NCBI GenBank assembly: GCA_964252075.1
Contig: CAXULY010000006.1
Coordinates: 64,001-128,000, forward strand
From: an uncultured Deinococcaceae bacterium
GTDB taxonomy: Bacteria; Deinococcota; Deinococci; Deinococcales; Deinococcaceae
Reading direction: 5' to 3'
Length of the DNA: 64,000 bases
Both the position numbers and the translations under genes were made by a program. The notes under the pieces were generated by a model. That model worked only from the letters and a program-made list of their open reading frames with translations, was not told the origin of the DNA and did no database searches. Below, in pieces: positions 40,368-50,792 of the stretch (the first letter of the stretch is position 1; every line of letters begins with the position of its first letter).

Positions 40368-41219
40368 TCAGCCTTTCACGCTGCCGAGCGCGATGCCCTG
40401 CACGAAGTACCGCTGCGCGAAGAAGTACACCACCAGCACGGGCAGCATCACGACGACGCTGGCGGCCATCACGAGCGGCCAGTTGGGTTGTTGGAAGGCG
40501 CTGGAGGTGTTGTTGAAGTACGCCAGGCCAAGCTCGAGGGTGCGCAGGTTCTCGCTGCGCGCGATCAGCAGCGGCCACAGCAGGTCCGTCCAGGCGCCCA
40601 TGAAGGCGAACACGCCGATGGTGGCGAGCGCCGGGGTGTTCATGGGGAGGAAGATGCGAGCGTACACCGTCCAGTCGGTGGCGCCGTCCACGCGCGCGGC
40701 GTCGATGAGGTCGCGCGGGACGGACAGGAAGCTCTGGCGCAGCAGGAAAATGCCGTAGGCGCTGGACAGTCCGGGCGCGATGAGGCCCCACATGGTGTTC
40801 ACCCAGCCGAGCTTGAAGATGATCAGGTACAGAGGGATCAGGGTGATCTGGAAGGGCACCATCTGCGTGGCGAGGTAGAAGAGGAACAGCGTGTCGCGCC
40901 CGAGGAAGGTGAGGCGCGCGAAGGCGTACGCGGCCATGGAGCAGATCACCAGTTGACCGATCACGGTGGCGGCGGTGACAAGGATCGTGTTCAGGAAGTA
41001 CTGTCCGAAGGGCGCCTGCGTGAAGAGCCGGGTGTAACTGGTGAGGTCGGCGCTGCGCGGCAGGATCTCGGGAGGGAAGGTGAATTCGCTCCCGGGCGGC
41101 TTGAGGGACGTGGAGACCATCCACAGAAACGGCACGACCATCATGAGGGCGACGGCGATCAGCATGGCGTAGCCGAGCAGGCGCAGGGGCCCGTCGAAAG
41201 GGCTTTTGTGGCGGACCAT
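40368..41219 (-). CDS. Carbohydrate ABC permease
   Basis: DAARVDGA, WTDLLWPL, QRYFVQG. Confidence 0.9.
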   Translation of the reverse strand: MVRHKSPFDGPLRLLGYAMLIAVALMMVVPFLWMVSTSLKPPGSEFTFPPEILPRSADLTSYTRLFTQAPFGQYFLNTILVTAATVIGQLVICSMAAYAFARLTFLGRDTLFLFYLATQMVPFQITLIPLYLIIFKLGWVNTMWGLIAPGLSSAYGIFLLRQSFLSVPRDLIDAARVDGATDWTVYARIFLPMNTPALATIGVFAFMGAWTDLLWPLLIARSENLRTLELGLAYFNNTSSAFQQPNWPLVMAASVVVMLPVLVVYFFAQRYFVQGIALGSVKG

Positions 41220-41238
41220 GGTCCTCCTTTGAGCGCGT

Positions 41239-42189
41239 TCAGTAGAAGGAGCCGTCGCTGCCGCGGCGGCGCATGTAGAGGATCTGCGCGAGGGTGAGCA
41301 CGAAGATGATGGCGAACAGCACCCACGCCTGCGCGCTGGCGTAGCCCATCTTGAATTCCTGGAAGGCGCGCTGGTAGATGCGGAACACCACGACGTCGGT
41401 GGAGTCGAGCGGCCCGCCTTTGGTCATCACGTAGATGGGTGTGAACACCTGGAAGGAGCCGATCACACCGGTGATGAGCAGGAAGAAACTGGTGGGCGCC
41501 AGCATGGGGAGGGTGATGGAGCGAAATGACTGCCAGGCGTTCGCGCCGTCCAGCGCGGCCGCCTCGTACAGTTCGCGGGGGATGCCCTGCAGGCCCGCGA
41601 GCCAGATCACCATGGTGAAGCCGGCGCCCTTCCAGGTGCTCACCAGCACCACGCTGAACAGCGCCCAGTGCGGGTCGCCCAGCCAGTTCACGCGCGGCAG
41701 GTGCGCGAGGGTCAGCAGGTAATTCAGGACGCCGATGTTCGGGTCGAGCAGGGTGATCCACACGACGCTCACGCCGACCCATGAGGACACGACGGGCAGG
41801 AAGAACAAGGTGCGGAAGAACGTCACGCCGCGCAGGCGCGCGTTCATGATCACGGCGAGCAGCAGGCTGACGGCCATGCCGAGTGGCACGGCCATCAGCG
41901 TGAAAAGCGCGCTGTTCTTCATGGCGTTCCAGAAGCGGTCGTCTCCGGTCATGAAGCGGTAGTTGTCCAGGCCGATGAAGGGCGCGCGCTGGAAGCTCGG
42001 GCCGTTCCAGTCGGTGAAGGACAGGTACAGGCTGAAGCCCAGCGGGATCAGCAGGAAGACCAGCAGGTGCACGAACGACGGGAGCACGAACAGGTAACCG
42101 ACGCGTTCGTTCCAGGGGCTCCAGAAGCGCCGCCAGGCGGTGCGGCGCGGCTTGACCGGTTCCTGGGGGGTGGTGTTGACGCTGGTCAT
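41239..42189 (-). CDS. Carbohydrate ABC permease
   Basis: EAAALDGA, FQVF..IYVMTKGGP, MGYASA. Confidence 0.9.
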   Translation of the reverse strand: MTSVNTTPQEPVKPRRTAWRRFWSPWNERVGYLFVLPSFVHLLVFLLIPLGFSLYLSFTDWNGPSFQRAPFIGLDNYRFMTGDDRFWNAMKNSALFTLMAVPLGMAVSLLLAVIMNARLRGVTFFRTLFFLPVVSSWVGVSVVWITLLDPNIGVLNYLLTLAHLPRVNWLGDPHWALFSVVLVSTWKGAGFTMVIWLAGLQGIPRELYEAAALDGANAWQSFRSITLPMLAPTSFFLLITGVIGSFQVFTPIYVMTKGGPLDSTDVVVFRIYQRAFQEFKMGYASAQAWVLFAIIFVLTLAQILYMRRRGSDGSFY

Positions 42190-42222
42190 GCGGGCCTCCC
42201 GGAGAGGGTCACGTGGTGCGGC

Positions 42223-43554
42223 TCAGCGGCCCACTTCGCGGTTGATTTCCGTGACGGCCTTCTTCACTTCGCTGGCGACCGGCGCACCGTTCAGGATGCG
42301 GTCCATCATGCTGGTCAGGATGGTCTCCACAGCGGGGTAGAAGGCGTATTGGCTGCCGTACGGAGGGCGGCCGCTGGTGGCGGAGCGCACGAAAATCTGT
42401 TCCACCGTGGGAATTTTGGCGCCTTTCACGGCGCCGTTCGCGGCGACGCGGTTGCCGCTCACCTCGAGGCCGGTGACGGCCTTGGTGTTCTGGTAGCCAA
42501 GGTCGGTGGCGCGCTCCACGAACTGGCAGGCGGCCTTGAGTTTCGCGGGGTCCTGCTCGACGGCCTTGTTGATGACCCAACCGGATTCGTAGAACACCGT
42601 CTGGTTGTTCTTCTTGGTGGGTTGCGGGAGGATGCCGATGCGGTCCGCTTTGTATTCGCTGTTGGTGAGCAGCCCGACCATCTCCCAGTGGCCGCTCTCG
42701 AACATCGCGAAGTCGCCTTTGAGAAAGCGCTGGTCGAAGCCGAGGGACTGGTTGAGCTGGTCGAGGGTGCTGGGCTTCGGCGCGACGTGGTATTTCACGA
42801 CGAGGTCAGCGAGGAACTGCAGCGCTTCGATGCTGGCGGGGCTGTCCAGGTAGCCGCTGGCGGTCTTGCCGTTCGGTGAGAGGACGTCCCCGCCGTTTTG
42901 CCACAGGTGGTACACCCATTCGAAAGGGTACTTGCGCACGCGGTACCCCCACTGCACGACGTTGTTCGGGTCGAAGGCGGGGTTGGTGGCGTTGCGGCCA
43001 TTCTTGTCGAGGGTGAGGCGCTGCGCGGTCTTCAGCCAGTCGTTCCAGCTCCAGCTGGTTTTGGGCGCTGGCACGCCCGCCTTCTTGAACACGGCGGGGT
43101 TGTAGTACACGACCATGGGGGTGAAGCCGTCCGGCACGCCGTAGAGCTTGCCGCCCTGCTGGTGAATCTTGAGGACATTCGGGAAGAACCGGTTGAGTTT
43201 GAGGCGGGGGGCGAGCGTGAGGCACTGGCGCATGTCGGCGAGGTTGCCGCTCGCGGCGACGCGGGCGAGGCTGGAGCCGTCTTGGTACCAGATGTCGGGG
43301 GCGGTGCCGGCGGCGAGGTCCACGAGCAGCTGCGTGTCGAAGTCAGGTGGCGCCTCCAGGCTCTGGACGGTGAGGCCTGGGACGGCCTTCTGAACGTCGG
43401 TGAGGAACCGCTGCTTGGCCTGGTCGAGGGGACTGCCGATCTCGTTGCCTGAGGACTTGAAGCCAATCACCTTGAGGGTGACGCCCGCTTGGGCGTGGGC
43501 GAGGCCAGCGGCGAGCAGGGCGATCGACAGGGCGTGGGTCAGGGTTCTCGGCAT
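42223..43554 (-). CDS. Carbohydrate ABC substrate-binding protein
   Basis: AGGAGG RBS, signal peptide MPRTLTHALSIALLAAGLAHA, APDI, YYNPAVFKKAG. Confidence 0.88.
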   Translation of the reverse strand: MPRTLTHALSIALLAAGLAHAQAGVTLKVIGFKSSGNEIGSPLDQAKQRFLTDVQKAVPGLTVQSLEAPPDFDTQLLVDLAAGTAPDIWYQDGSSLARVAASGNLADMRQCLTLAPRLKLNRFFPNVLKIHQQGGKLYGVPDGFTPMVVYYNPAVFKKAGVPAPKTSWSWNDWLKTAQRLTLDKNGRNATNPAFDPNNVVQWGYRVRKYPFEWVYHLWQNGGDVLSPNGKTASGYLDSPASIEALQFLADLVVKYHVAPKPSTLDQLNQSLGFDQRFLKGDFAMFESGHWEMVGLLTNSEYKADRIGILPQPTKKNNQTVFYESGWVINKAVEQDPAKLKAACQFVERATDLGYQNTKAVTGLEVSGNRVAANGAVKGAKIPTVEQIFVRSATSGRPPYGSQYAFYPAVETILTSMMDRILNGAPVASEVKKAVTEINREVGR

Positions 43555-43594
43555 ACGCGTCCCTCCTGGCGGTGCAGCACCGTATGAAGCTGTA

Positions 43595-43608
43595 AGGCTG
43601 TCTGACCA
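43595..43608. promoter_or_regulatory. Candidate FadR operator 1
   Basis: AGGCTGTCTGACCA, 11/14 match to AAGCTGTCATACCA. Confidence 0.55.
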
Positions 43609-43721
43609 CAATCATTAGCACACGAGGTCATGAAGCGCAAGCAGAAGGCCGGGCTCTGCGCCCCACAGCGGCCTGAGTGCCGCATGACGGCCCCAAACCC
43701 CTGGTGCCCCGCGCCGCGTTA

Positions 43722-43735
43722 TGGTATGACAGCTT
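43722..43735. promoter_or_regulatory. Candidate FadR operator 2
   Basis: TGGTATGACAGCTT, exact reverse complement of 48214-48227. Confidence 0.65.
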
Positions 43736-43804
43736 ATCCATGGATGCGTTTTTTCGTGCGCCCACCGGCCCTCACCTGCACACGCGGTCCATGATGGTGC
43801 GGGT

Positions 43805-44515
43805 GTGAAGCCCCTCAAAGCCACCACGCTCTCCAGCAACATCCTGGAAGCGCTCGGCGCTTTCGTCGAGGAGATGCAGCTGAACCCAGGCGACCGCCTC
43901 CCGGCCGAACGCCTGATCGCGGAGCGCCTCGGCGTCTCCCGCCCCATCGTGCGCGAAGCCCTGGGCCGCTGGGCCGCGCTCGGCATTATCGAAACCAAGA
44001 ATGGGCGCGGCACCTTCCTGCGCCAGCACGTCACGGCGGCGACCCGACACGTCGTGCTGAGCATCACCGACGAGCAGGCGCAACTCCTCGAAACCCTCGA
44101 GGTGCGCCTCGCGCTGGAAAGCGAAGCGGCGGCGCTCGCCGCCCGGCGCGCCACGGCCGAACAGGTGGGCGAGTTGTGGCAGCTGCTGGAAGCGGTGGAG
44201 CGCGCCTACGCGGAACGCAACGACGCCCCCGACGAAGACTGGGCGTTCCATCTGGCGGTGTACGAGGCGAGCGGCAACCCCCTGTTCAGCCGCCTGATTC
44301 ACGGCCTCCTGCAGGGCTTCCACCGCTTCTGGGAAAACCCGCTGCACCAGCAGGACTTCGCGCGGCGGGGCCTGCCGTACCACCGCATGCTTGTCGAGCG
44401 GATCGCTGACCGCGACCCGGAAGGGGCGCGCACGGCGGTGCGCCTGATCGTGCAGGTGCTGCGCGAGGACGTGGAGCGCGCCGCCGTCCCCGCACCGCTG
44501 ACCGCCGCGCCATGA
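43805..44515 (+). CDS. FadR/GntR family transcriptional regulator
   Basis: PGDRLPAER..LGVSRPIVREAL, GRGTF, FCD domain LEVRLALE..DWAFH. Confidence 0.92.
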   Translation: MKPLKATTLSSNILEALGAFVEEMQLNPGDRLPAERLIAERLGVSRPIVREALGRWAALGIIETKNGRGTFLRQHVTAATRHVVLSITDEQAQLLETLEVRLALESEAAALAARRATAEQVGELWQLLEAVERAYAERNDAPDEDWAFHLAVYEASGNPLFSRLIHGLLQGFHRFWENPLHQQDFARRGLPYHRMLVERIADRDPEGARTAVRLIVQVLREDVERAAVPAPLTAAP

Positions 44516-44522
44516 CGCGCCC

Positions 44523-45581
44523 TCAGGTCACCTCCAGCGCGTCCGGCTGAAGTTCACCCTGGCCCTCATGGCCGGGCGCGTCCAGGTAGAACCAGCAGGT
44601 GGACGCGAGGTCGTCCTGGCGCGGCAGGTACCGACCGTCCGATCGCCATCCCAGCGCCTGCACCTCCACCCGCAGCGCCTGGTGAAACACCACCGGGTCC
44701 GGCAGGTGAAAGCGGTACAGGCCGAAGCGGGTGTTGGCGCGGTACAGGCCGTCCGGGCGAATAACCTGCGCGAGGCCCGCGTACGGCGCGCAGAAAGGGC
44801 GGTACCCTTCGCCCGGCACCTCGAAGTTCCAGGCGCCGCCAAAGTAATCCTCGGTGCCCGTCCCGCAGATGGTGGGGAAGTCCTCGTCCGCGTCCAGGTA
44901 GAACTTCACCTCGCCTTCGCCCCACCAGCCGCCCGCATTCACGCCCCACGCCAGGTAGGTGCCGACGTACTACCCGTGTCCCCGCACGGTCTCGAGCATG
45001 CGGTGCGGCCCGCCCGGCGCGGTGGGGTTCGAGCGGTGCCACTGCGCGTGCAGGTACAGGGCGTCCTGCGGGACCGCCTCAAGGGTGTAGTCCAGCTGGT
45101 AGTAAAACGGCACGGGCAGGTGCCCGACGTGCCGCACCGCGACGTGCGCCCGGCGGCGAAACGGCATGGGGAAGTACAGGTTGAAGCCGCCGTGCGGCGC
45201 AGCCAGCACCGGCTCCGACAGGACGGGCGCGTAGACCCCCCACCCGTTGCAGAACAGGTCACCCAGCGGCACCTCCACCGCCAGGTGCGGCGCGTCATCC
45301 CAGCGGACGCACAGGATCAGCTGCCGCCACGCCCGCGCGTCGGTGGTGCACCACAGGTGGCGCAGCACCCCCGGGCCCTCGATGTCCGCGAGCAGTTGCG
45401 TCTCACCCGGCTGTAACTGCACGCTCGGGCTGACCTTCCAGCCGACACCCAGGTCGCGTGCGGCGTGCGCCCCCGTGCCGGTCGCTGCGCGCGCTCCGCC
45501 GCCAGGCGCGCCCGTCGGGTTTTCCGCGCTGATCGAGCGGCTGAACGCCACGCTGCGCCGGCAGTAGCTGGGCAGCGTCAC
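44523..45581 (-). pseudogene. DUF2961/GH172 glycoside hydrolase interrupted by in-frame TAG (44970-44972)
   Basis: SRSISAENPTG...GHG*YVGTYLAW...WWGEGEVKF..GTGTEDYF; both halves in the same frame. Confidence 0.8.
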
Positions 45582-48193
45582 GCGCCCCACCCCCGCTTCG
45601 CCGTGGTCGCTTCGCCCACCCCTGCGGCATGCAGGTGCGTGAGGAACCGCGCGAGCAGCTGCTGCCCGACCTGGTTGCGCGCGAAGGCCGGTTGATCACC
45701 CAGGCCGCCCGCGAGGCGCAAGGTGGTGTGCAGCAGACATCCCGCCCCACATCTCGACAGGTGTGCGTAGGACGACACCCGCATGGTGCGCGCGTCCATT
45801 CGCGTCATGATGGCCTCCGCGCCCGCCGGGCGCTCCACGGATAGGTCCGGCGTGACCGCCACGAACTGCGTGTCCGGGTGCCCGTCCTGTGGGAAGTCAC
45901 CCCAGCACGGGTGAGGTTCCAGCAGCGTGACCGCCTCACGCCAGTACGGGTCCTCGAAGGTGCGCTGCGGTCCATGCGGGGTGGTCTGCACGAGCAGCAC
46001 CCGGTGCCCACCGTGCAGCGCGGCGCGCGTCACGTCATCCCACAGGGTGGACACCCACAGCGGGTGTTCGGGGGGCGCTGGGAAGGCGTCCACCGTCCCG
46101 AACGCGCCCAGCGGGTCGTGCAGGTGCGCGTCCGGGCGCCGCGCGGGGGGGTACAGCCAATGCGCCCAGGTGTTGCGGCGCTCACCGTCCGACACCTCCA
46201 GTTCCAGCCGGCCAGGGCGCGTGACGGGCGGCAGCAACGCCTCGAACACCGCGACTTCCCGCGGGTCTCCGGCGCCCACCTCCGCCCACGCATGATCCTC
46301 GCGCAGCACCACGCCGTCCAGGCGCAAGGTGACGCGCAGGGTCGCGCGGTACGCGCTGGGACCGGCGTGCGCCACAATCACGTGCGCGCGAAACGTGCCG
46401 CCCGCGAGGTGATTGAAGACGTCCGTGTACGCCGCGCGGTCGCCGCCCCGCACCCACGCGCGGCGCTTCGTGAACCCGCACAGAAACACGGTGTCGGCAT
46501 TGAAGGCGCGGAACCGCTCGGCGTCGAAGCGCGCCTCGCCCGTGTCGGTGAACATTCCAGAAGTGCTGATGGGCGTGTCCACCAGACCCGTGATGGTGTA
46601 CCCGCTGGCCTCACCCCGCGCCCGCACCGCCTCGAGGGTGAGCTTGCGGTGCAGCAAGCTGTGCGCGGCGCTCGCGGCGTGCAGGTCCTGCGCGCGCGTC
46701 GCGAGCGCACCTTCGGAAAAGCGCGTCTCGTGCTCATGCACGTCCATCTGCCAGCGGGCGCCCTGCGGGTTGACCTGGGGGTCCGCGCTGAGCCACCAAG
46801 GCCGACCGAGCGCCTCCCCCACCGCGCGCGCGTCGCGGAAGGCGTCGCTGTCGCAGAATTCCCCAAAGAGCCATGGCGCCGGCGGGCGCCAGCGCGGCGC
46901 GAAGTGGTCCAGCAGCGGGCCGAAGGTGGGCGCCTCGCAGTAGAAGTGGTGGTCGTAGAACTCGGCGTGCTCGTCCAGCAGCCCACCGTATGCCTCCCCT
47001 CCCCCGCTGTTGTCGCGCAGCAGCACCTCCGGCATGCGCAGGCGCGCGTCCTCGTACAGCTCGCCGAGGAACGCCCGGTCCGCCTCGGCGTTCAGTTCGC
47101 ACCCGAGCGTCACGAGGACCACGCTCGGGTGGTGCGCCAGCTGCTCCAGGATGCGGCGGTCCTCCAACCGCATCTGCTGCCGCACCTCGGGGGTGAGGCG
47201 CGGCAGCCACATGGGCAGCTCCAGCCACAGGAACAGGCCGAGCTCGTCCGCGAGGTCGAAGTACGCGTCGGGCGGCACCCACAGGCACAGCTTCACGCCG
47301 TTGAAGCCCAGCGCCCGCACGCGCAGCAGTTCCTCACGGAAGGCCTGCGGGCCGGGGTTGCTGTGCAGGCAATGCGGGTACCAGCCCCAGGACAGCACGA
47401 AGCGCGGGAACACCACTTCACCGTCCAGCAGGAGCCGCGCGCCGTCGGCGCGCAGCGCCCGGAAGGCGAACGGCTGCTCGAAGGTGTCCTCGCCGTCACG
47501 CACCTGAACCGTGTACCGCCGCGGCTGGGCGGGCGACCAGCGCTGGGGGAGCGCGACCCGCCCGTCCAGCACGCCGCGCCCCTTGAGCACCTCCCGCTGC
47601 TCCGGGTCCAGGACGCGCACCTCGGCGGCGTCGGGCACGCCCGAGACGCGCACGGTGCCGTCCGTGCGGGCGTCAACCCGCAGGTGCGCTGGGTACGGCG
47701 CGGGCGTGCGCAGCAGCCACACGTCCTGCCACAGGCCGCCGAAGATGTCCCCCCACACGTACGGCAGAAACCCGGCCAGTGTGGTGCGCAGTGGGTACGG
47801 ACCTGGCCGGTGCGGGCTGTCCGGACCGGCCGTCAGCGGCGCGGGACGGGTGACGGCGACCTCCAGCAGGTTGGCGCGCGCGCGCGCGTGACCGGTGACC
47901 TCAAGCGTGAAGGCGTCCCACACGCCGGTGTGCGCGCCGACCGGCGTTCCGTTCAGGTGGACCTCGCAGGCGAAGCTCACGCCGGCGAAATGCAGCGTGA
48001 CATGCTCCCTGGCCGAAAGGTCCGGCAGGTCAAAAGTGATGCGATACAAGACGGGACCCTGCTCGAAGCGGTCGTCCAGGTCATGTTGCATGCAGCCCGG
48101 CACGTGGACGGGGCGGGCGCGGCGCCCTGGTGCCTGCACGGTCCAGCCGTGCCGCAGGGGCGAGGGGGGGTGGGTCACCGACCGTACACGCAT
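45578..48193 (-). CDS. GH2-like glycoside hydrolase
   Basis: LHFAGVSF..EVHLNG..GAHTG sugar-binding domain, GFNGVK, HHPSVV..LGCE, WLFGEF. Confidence 0.75.
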   Translation of the reverse strand: MRVRSVTHPPSPLRHGWTVQAPGRRARPVHVPGCMQHDLDDRFEQGPVLYRITFDLPDLSAREHVTLHFAGVSFACEVHLNGTPVGAHTGVWDAFTLEVTGHARARANLLEVAVTRPAPLTAGPDSPHRPGPYPLRTTLAGFLPYVWGDIFGGLWQDVWLLRTPAPYPAHLRVDARTDGTVRVSGVPDAAEVRVLDPEQREVLKGRGVLDGRVALPQRWSPAQPRRYTVQVRDGEDTFEQPFAFRALRADGARLLLDGEVVFPRFVLSWGWYPHCLHSNPGPQAFREELLRVRALGFNGVKLCLWVPPDAYFDLADELGLFLWLELPMWLPRLTPEVRQQMRLEDRRILEQLAHHPSVVLVTLGCELNAEADRAFLGELYEDARLRMPEVLLRDNSGGGEAYGGLLDEHAEFYDHHFYCEAPTFGPLLDHFAPRWRPPAPWLFGEFCDSDAFRDARAVGEALGRPWWLSADPQVNPQGARWQMDVHEHETRFSEGALATRAQDLHAASAAHSLLHRKLTLEAVRARGEASGYTITGLVDTPISTSGMFTDTGEARFDAERFRAFNADTVFLCGFTKRRAWVRGGDRAAYTDVFNHLAGGTFRAHVIVAHAGPSAYRATLRVTLRLDGVVLREDHAWAEVGAGDPREVAVFEALLPPVTRPGRLELEVSDGERRNTWAHWLYPPARRPDAHLHDPLGAFGTVDAFPAPPEHPLWVSTLWDDVTRAALHGGHRVLLVQTTPHGPQRTFEDPYWREAVTLLEPHPCWGDFPQDGHPDTQFVAVTPDLSVERPAGAEAIMTRMDARTMRVSSYAHLSRCGAGCLLHTTLRLAGGLGDQPAFARNQVGQQLLARFLTHLHAAGVGEATTAKRGWGA

Positions 48194-48213
48194 GAGGCCT
48201 CCTGGTTATGGTA

Positions 48214-48227
48214 AAGCTGTCATACCA
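48214..48227. promoter_or_regulatory. Candidate FadR operator 3 (divergent GH2/Gfo promoter)
   Basis: AAGCTGTCATACCA. Confidence 0.65.
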
Positions 48228-48249
48228 CACCTGCTGTTGGAGGTTCCAC

Positions 48250-49377
48250 ATGAGTGACCCTGTCCCCCTCCGCTTCGGCATCCTCGGCCTGCACGAAGGG
48301 CGCACCCTGCTGCGCACCCTCGGCGAGACGGACGCTGGAAGCGTCCACCCTGAACCCCTGCAGCGCGTTCAGGAAGCGGTCGTCACCTGGGCCTGCGACC
48401 TTCGACCGGAGGTGCTGGAGGCCTGCCGTGCGCTGCGCCCCGACGTGCGCTACACCACCGACCCAGAGCGCCTCTTCAACGCCGAGGACGTGGACGTCAT
48501 CGCCATCTACACGCCGGATGCGCTGCACGCCCAGCACATCGTGCAGGCCATGCACGCCGGCAAGCACGTGCTGGTCACCAAGCCCCTCGTCACCCGACTC
48601 GAGGACGCCCGCGCGGTCCTGCACGCCGCGCGCCGCACCGGTCGGCGCCTCATGGTCGGGCAGAGCACCCGCTTCTTCGAGCCGTTCATGCGCCAGCGCG
48701 CCGCCTACGAACGAGGCGAAATGGGCCGAATCGAACTGCTCGACGCGCACTACACCCACCGCATGGACTGGTACTACACCAAAAGCCCCTGGGCGGCCCA
48801 CGACACCGACTGGGCGTTCCTGGGCCTCAGCCATCCCGTGGACCTCGCCACGTGGTACCTCGGCACCATTCACACGGTCTAGGCGTTCGGCGCGCGGTCC
48901 GCCCTCGCCCAGCGGCACGGCTGCCCAGGCTTTGACATTTACACCGCGCAACTGCGCGCCGCGGATGGTCGCGTCGCGCGCGTCATGGGGCACTACGGCC
49001 TGCACGAGCTGCCAAGCGCCCGCAACGCCATCGAACTGATGCTGTACGGCAGTGACGGCAGCAGCCTCGCGCAGTACCACGACATGCGCTACCTGCACAC
49101 CGCCCCGGACGGCACCGAAGTGATGGAGGACAGCCTGTACGCCCAGCGGGCGTACTACTTCAACAATGAGGTGCACGGCATGCACTACGGAGAATTCGCG
49201 AACTACACCCGTCACTTCGCGCGCGCCCTGCGCACAGGGGAACCCCACCAGCCGGACCTCACGCACGCCCTCCTGACCTTCGCCGTGATGCTCGCCATTC
49301 GGGACTCCGCACAACACGATGGCGCGTCACGCGAACCTCAGCGCTACCTCGAACAGATGGAGCCAGACTGGCGCTGA
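48250..49377 (+). pseudogene. Gfo/Idh/MocA oxidoreductase interrupted by in-frame TAG (48880-48882)
   Basis: DVDVIAIYTP..HA, AGKHVLVTKP, SHPVD; frame continues past the TAG into ORF 48985..49377. Confidence 0.8.
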
Positions 49378-49907
49378 ACACCCACGACGCGCCGTGATGA
49401 GCGGGTTCAGGAGAACACCCCGCTGTTCGAAGCTCAAGGGCGCGCCCGGAGTCATCGCAGCTGTTGCCGCCACGATGCGCTCGTTCGGATCATCCAAGCG
49501 GGCGATGCCAGACCGAGGCAGGGCGCCGGGAACTGGCCCATCACCGCCCCGCCCAGCTCAACAGACCGGGCAGGAGCAGTAGAGCGCCAGCGCCCGAAAC
49601 CCCATGAACCGAGGCCGTCAGGGCTGCACCGGCACGCGTCGCACCGGTCTCGCCCGCTGACCACCAGAATGAAGCAGTGGCGCGGTCACGACTCAACCTC
49701 ATGCTGCACCGCTGGCCGCACGGCACCCCCAGCACCTGGGCCTGCACAGGCGACTGCAGGCGTTCACCCACGTGATGCCCATCCGTCGGCACCCGCCGCC
49801 GCCCGGACGTGACACGGAGGCGGGGCTCCGCGTGTTATGTCTGAAGCGCGTCGTTGCCCCCTTCCCGAACCGTCACGGGGCCAGCCCCCGCCCACCTGGA
49901 GTTGCCC

Positions 49908-50792
49908 ATGTCCATCACCCAATTCGTTCACCTCAGCGACCTGCACGTCATCGACCCCAGCACCCCCGACGCGCACCTGTACAGCGACACCACCGAGACC
50001 TTGCGGCTCGTGCAGGCCCGCATCGCCACGCTCGACCCCCGCCCGGACTTCATCGTGATCAGCGGCGACCTCACCAACCGCGGCACCCCGCAGGACTTCG
50101 CCGCCGTCCGGGCCCTGCTGCAGGGTTTCGAGGTGCCGGTGCTGCTGGCGCTCGGCAACCACGACACCCGCCCGGCCTTCTACCGCACCATCCTGGATGA
50201 CCCCAGCCGCACGGACGAGCCGTACTTTCACGCCGACGTCATGGGCGGCCTGCACGTCATCACCCTGGACTCCAGCATGCCGGGCGCCGTGACGGGCAAC
50301 CTGGAGCCCGAGCAGCGCGCGTGGTTCGCGGCGGAACTCCTCGCGCACCCGGACCTCCCGAAACTCATCGTGGTGCACCACCCGCCCGGCGATCAGCACG
50401 TGCCGGTCTTCGATCACATCAACTGGCTGCCCGAGGACCGCGCGCATGTCGGTGAGGCGCTGCGCACCGCGGTCGGCGCGGGCGCCCGCGTCGTGGGCGT
50501 CCTGAGCGGCCACGTGCATTACGACCAGTTCTCCGTGTGGAACGGCGTGCCGTGCCTGATCAGCGCCGGGCTGTACAACCAGACGGACACCCTGGAGCGC
50601 GACGGCGTGCGCGCGCTCAGGGGCGGCAGCTTCAACGTGTGCCGCGTGCGCGACGGCGAGCTGACCAGCTTCACGGTGCCCCTGCCTACGGACGGCCAAG
50701 CGCTGTACCACGTGACCAGCGCGGAGCTGCTGCGCTCACTTGCCCCCTCTGAAGGGGACCACGCCGAGGCCAAGATAGAACCGCTGGTGTAA
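49908..50792 (+). CDS. Calcineurin-like metallophosphoesterase (CpdA/GpdQ-like)
   Basis: SDLH, SGDL, GNHD, HHPP, SGHVH. Confidence 0.9.
   Translation: MSITQFVHLSDLHVIDPSTPDAHLYSDTTETLRLVQARIATLDPRPDFIVISGDLTNRGTPQDFAAVRALLQGFEVPVLLALGNHDTRPAFYRTILDDPSRTDEPYFHADVMGGLHVITLDSSMPGAVTGNLEPEQRAWFAAELLAHPDLPKLIVVHHPPGDQHVPVFDHINWLPEDRAHVGEALRTAVGAGARVVGVLSGHVHYDQFSVWNGVPCLISAGLYNQTDTLERDGVRALRGGSFNVCRVRDGELTSFTVPLPTDGQALYHVTSAELLRSLAPSEGDHAEAKIEPLV

Noticed and set aside
44970..48882. Pyrrolysine/selenocysteine recoding of the TAG codons
   Set aside because: No pyl genes or suppressor tRNA seen; Sec uses TGA; single C>T changes suffice
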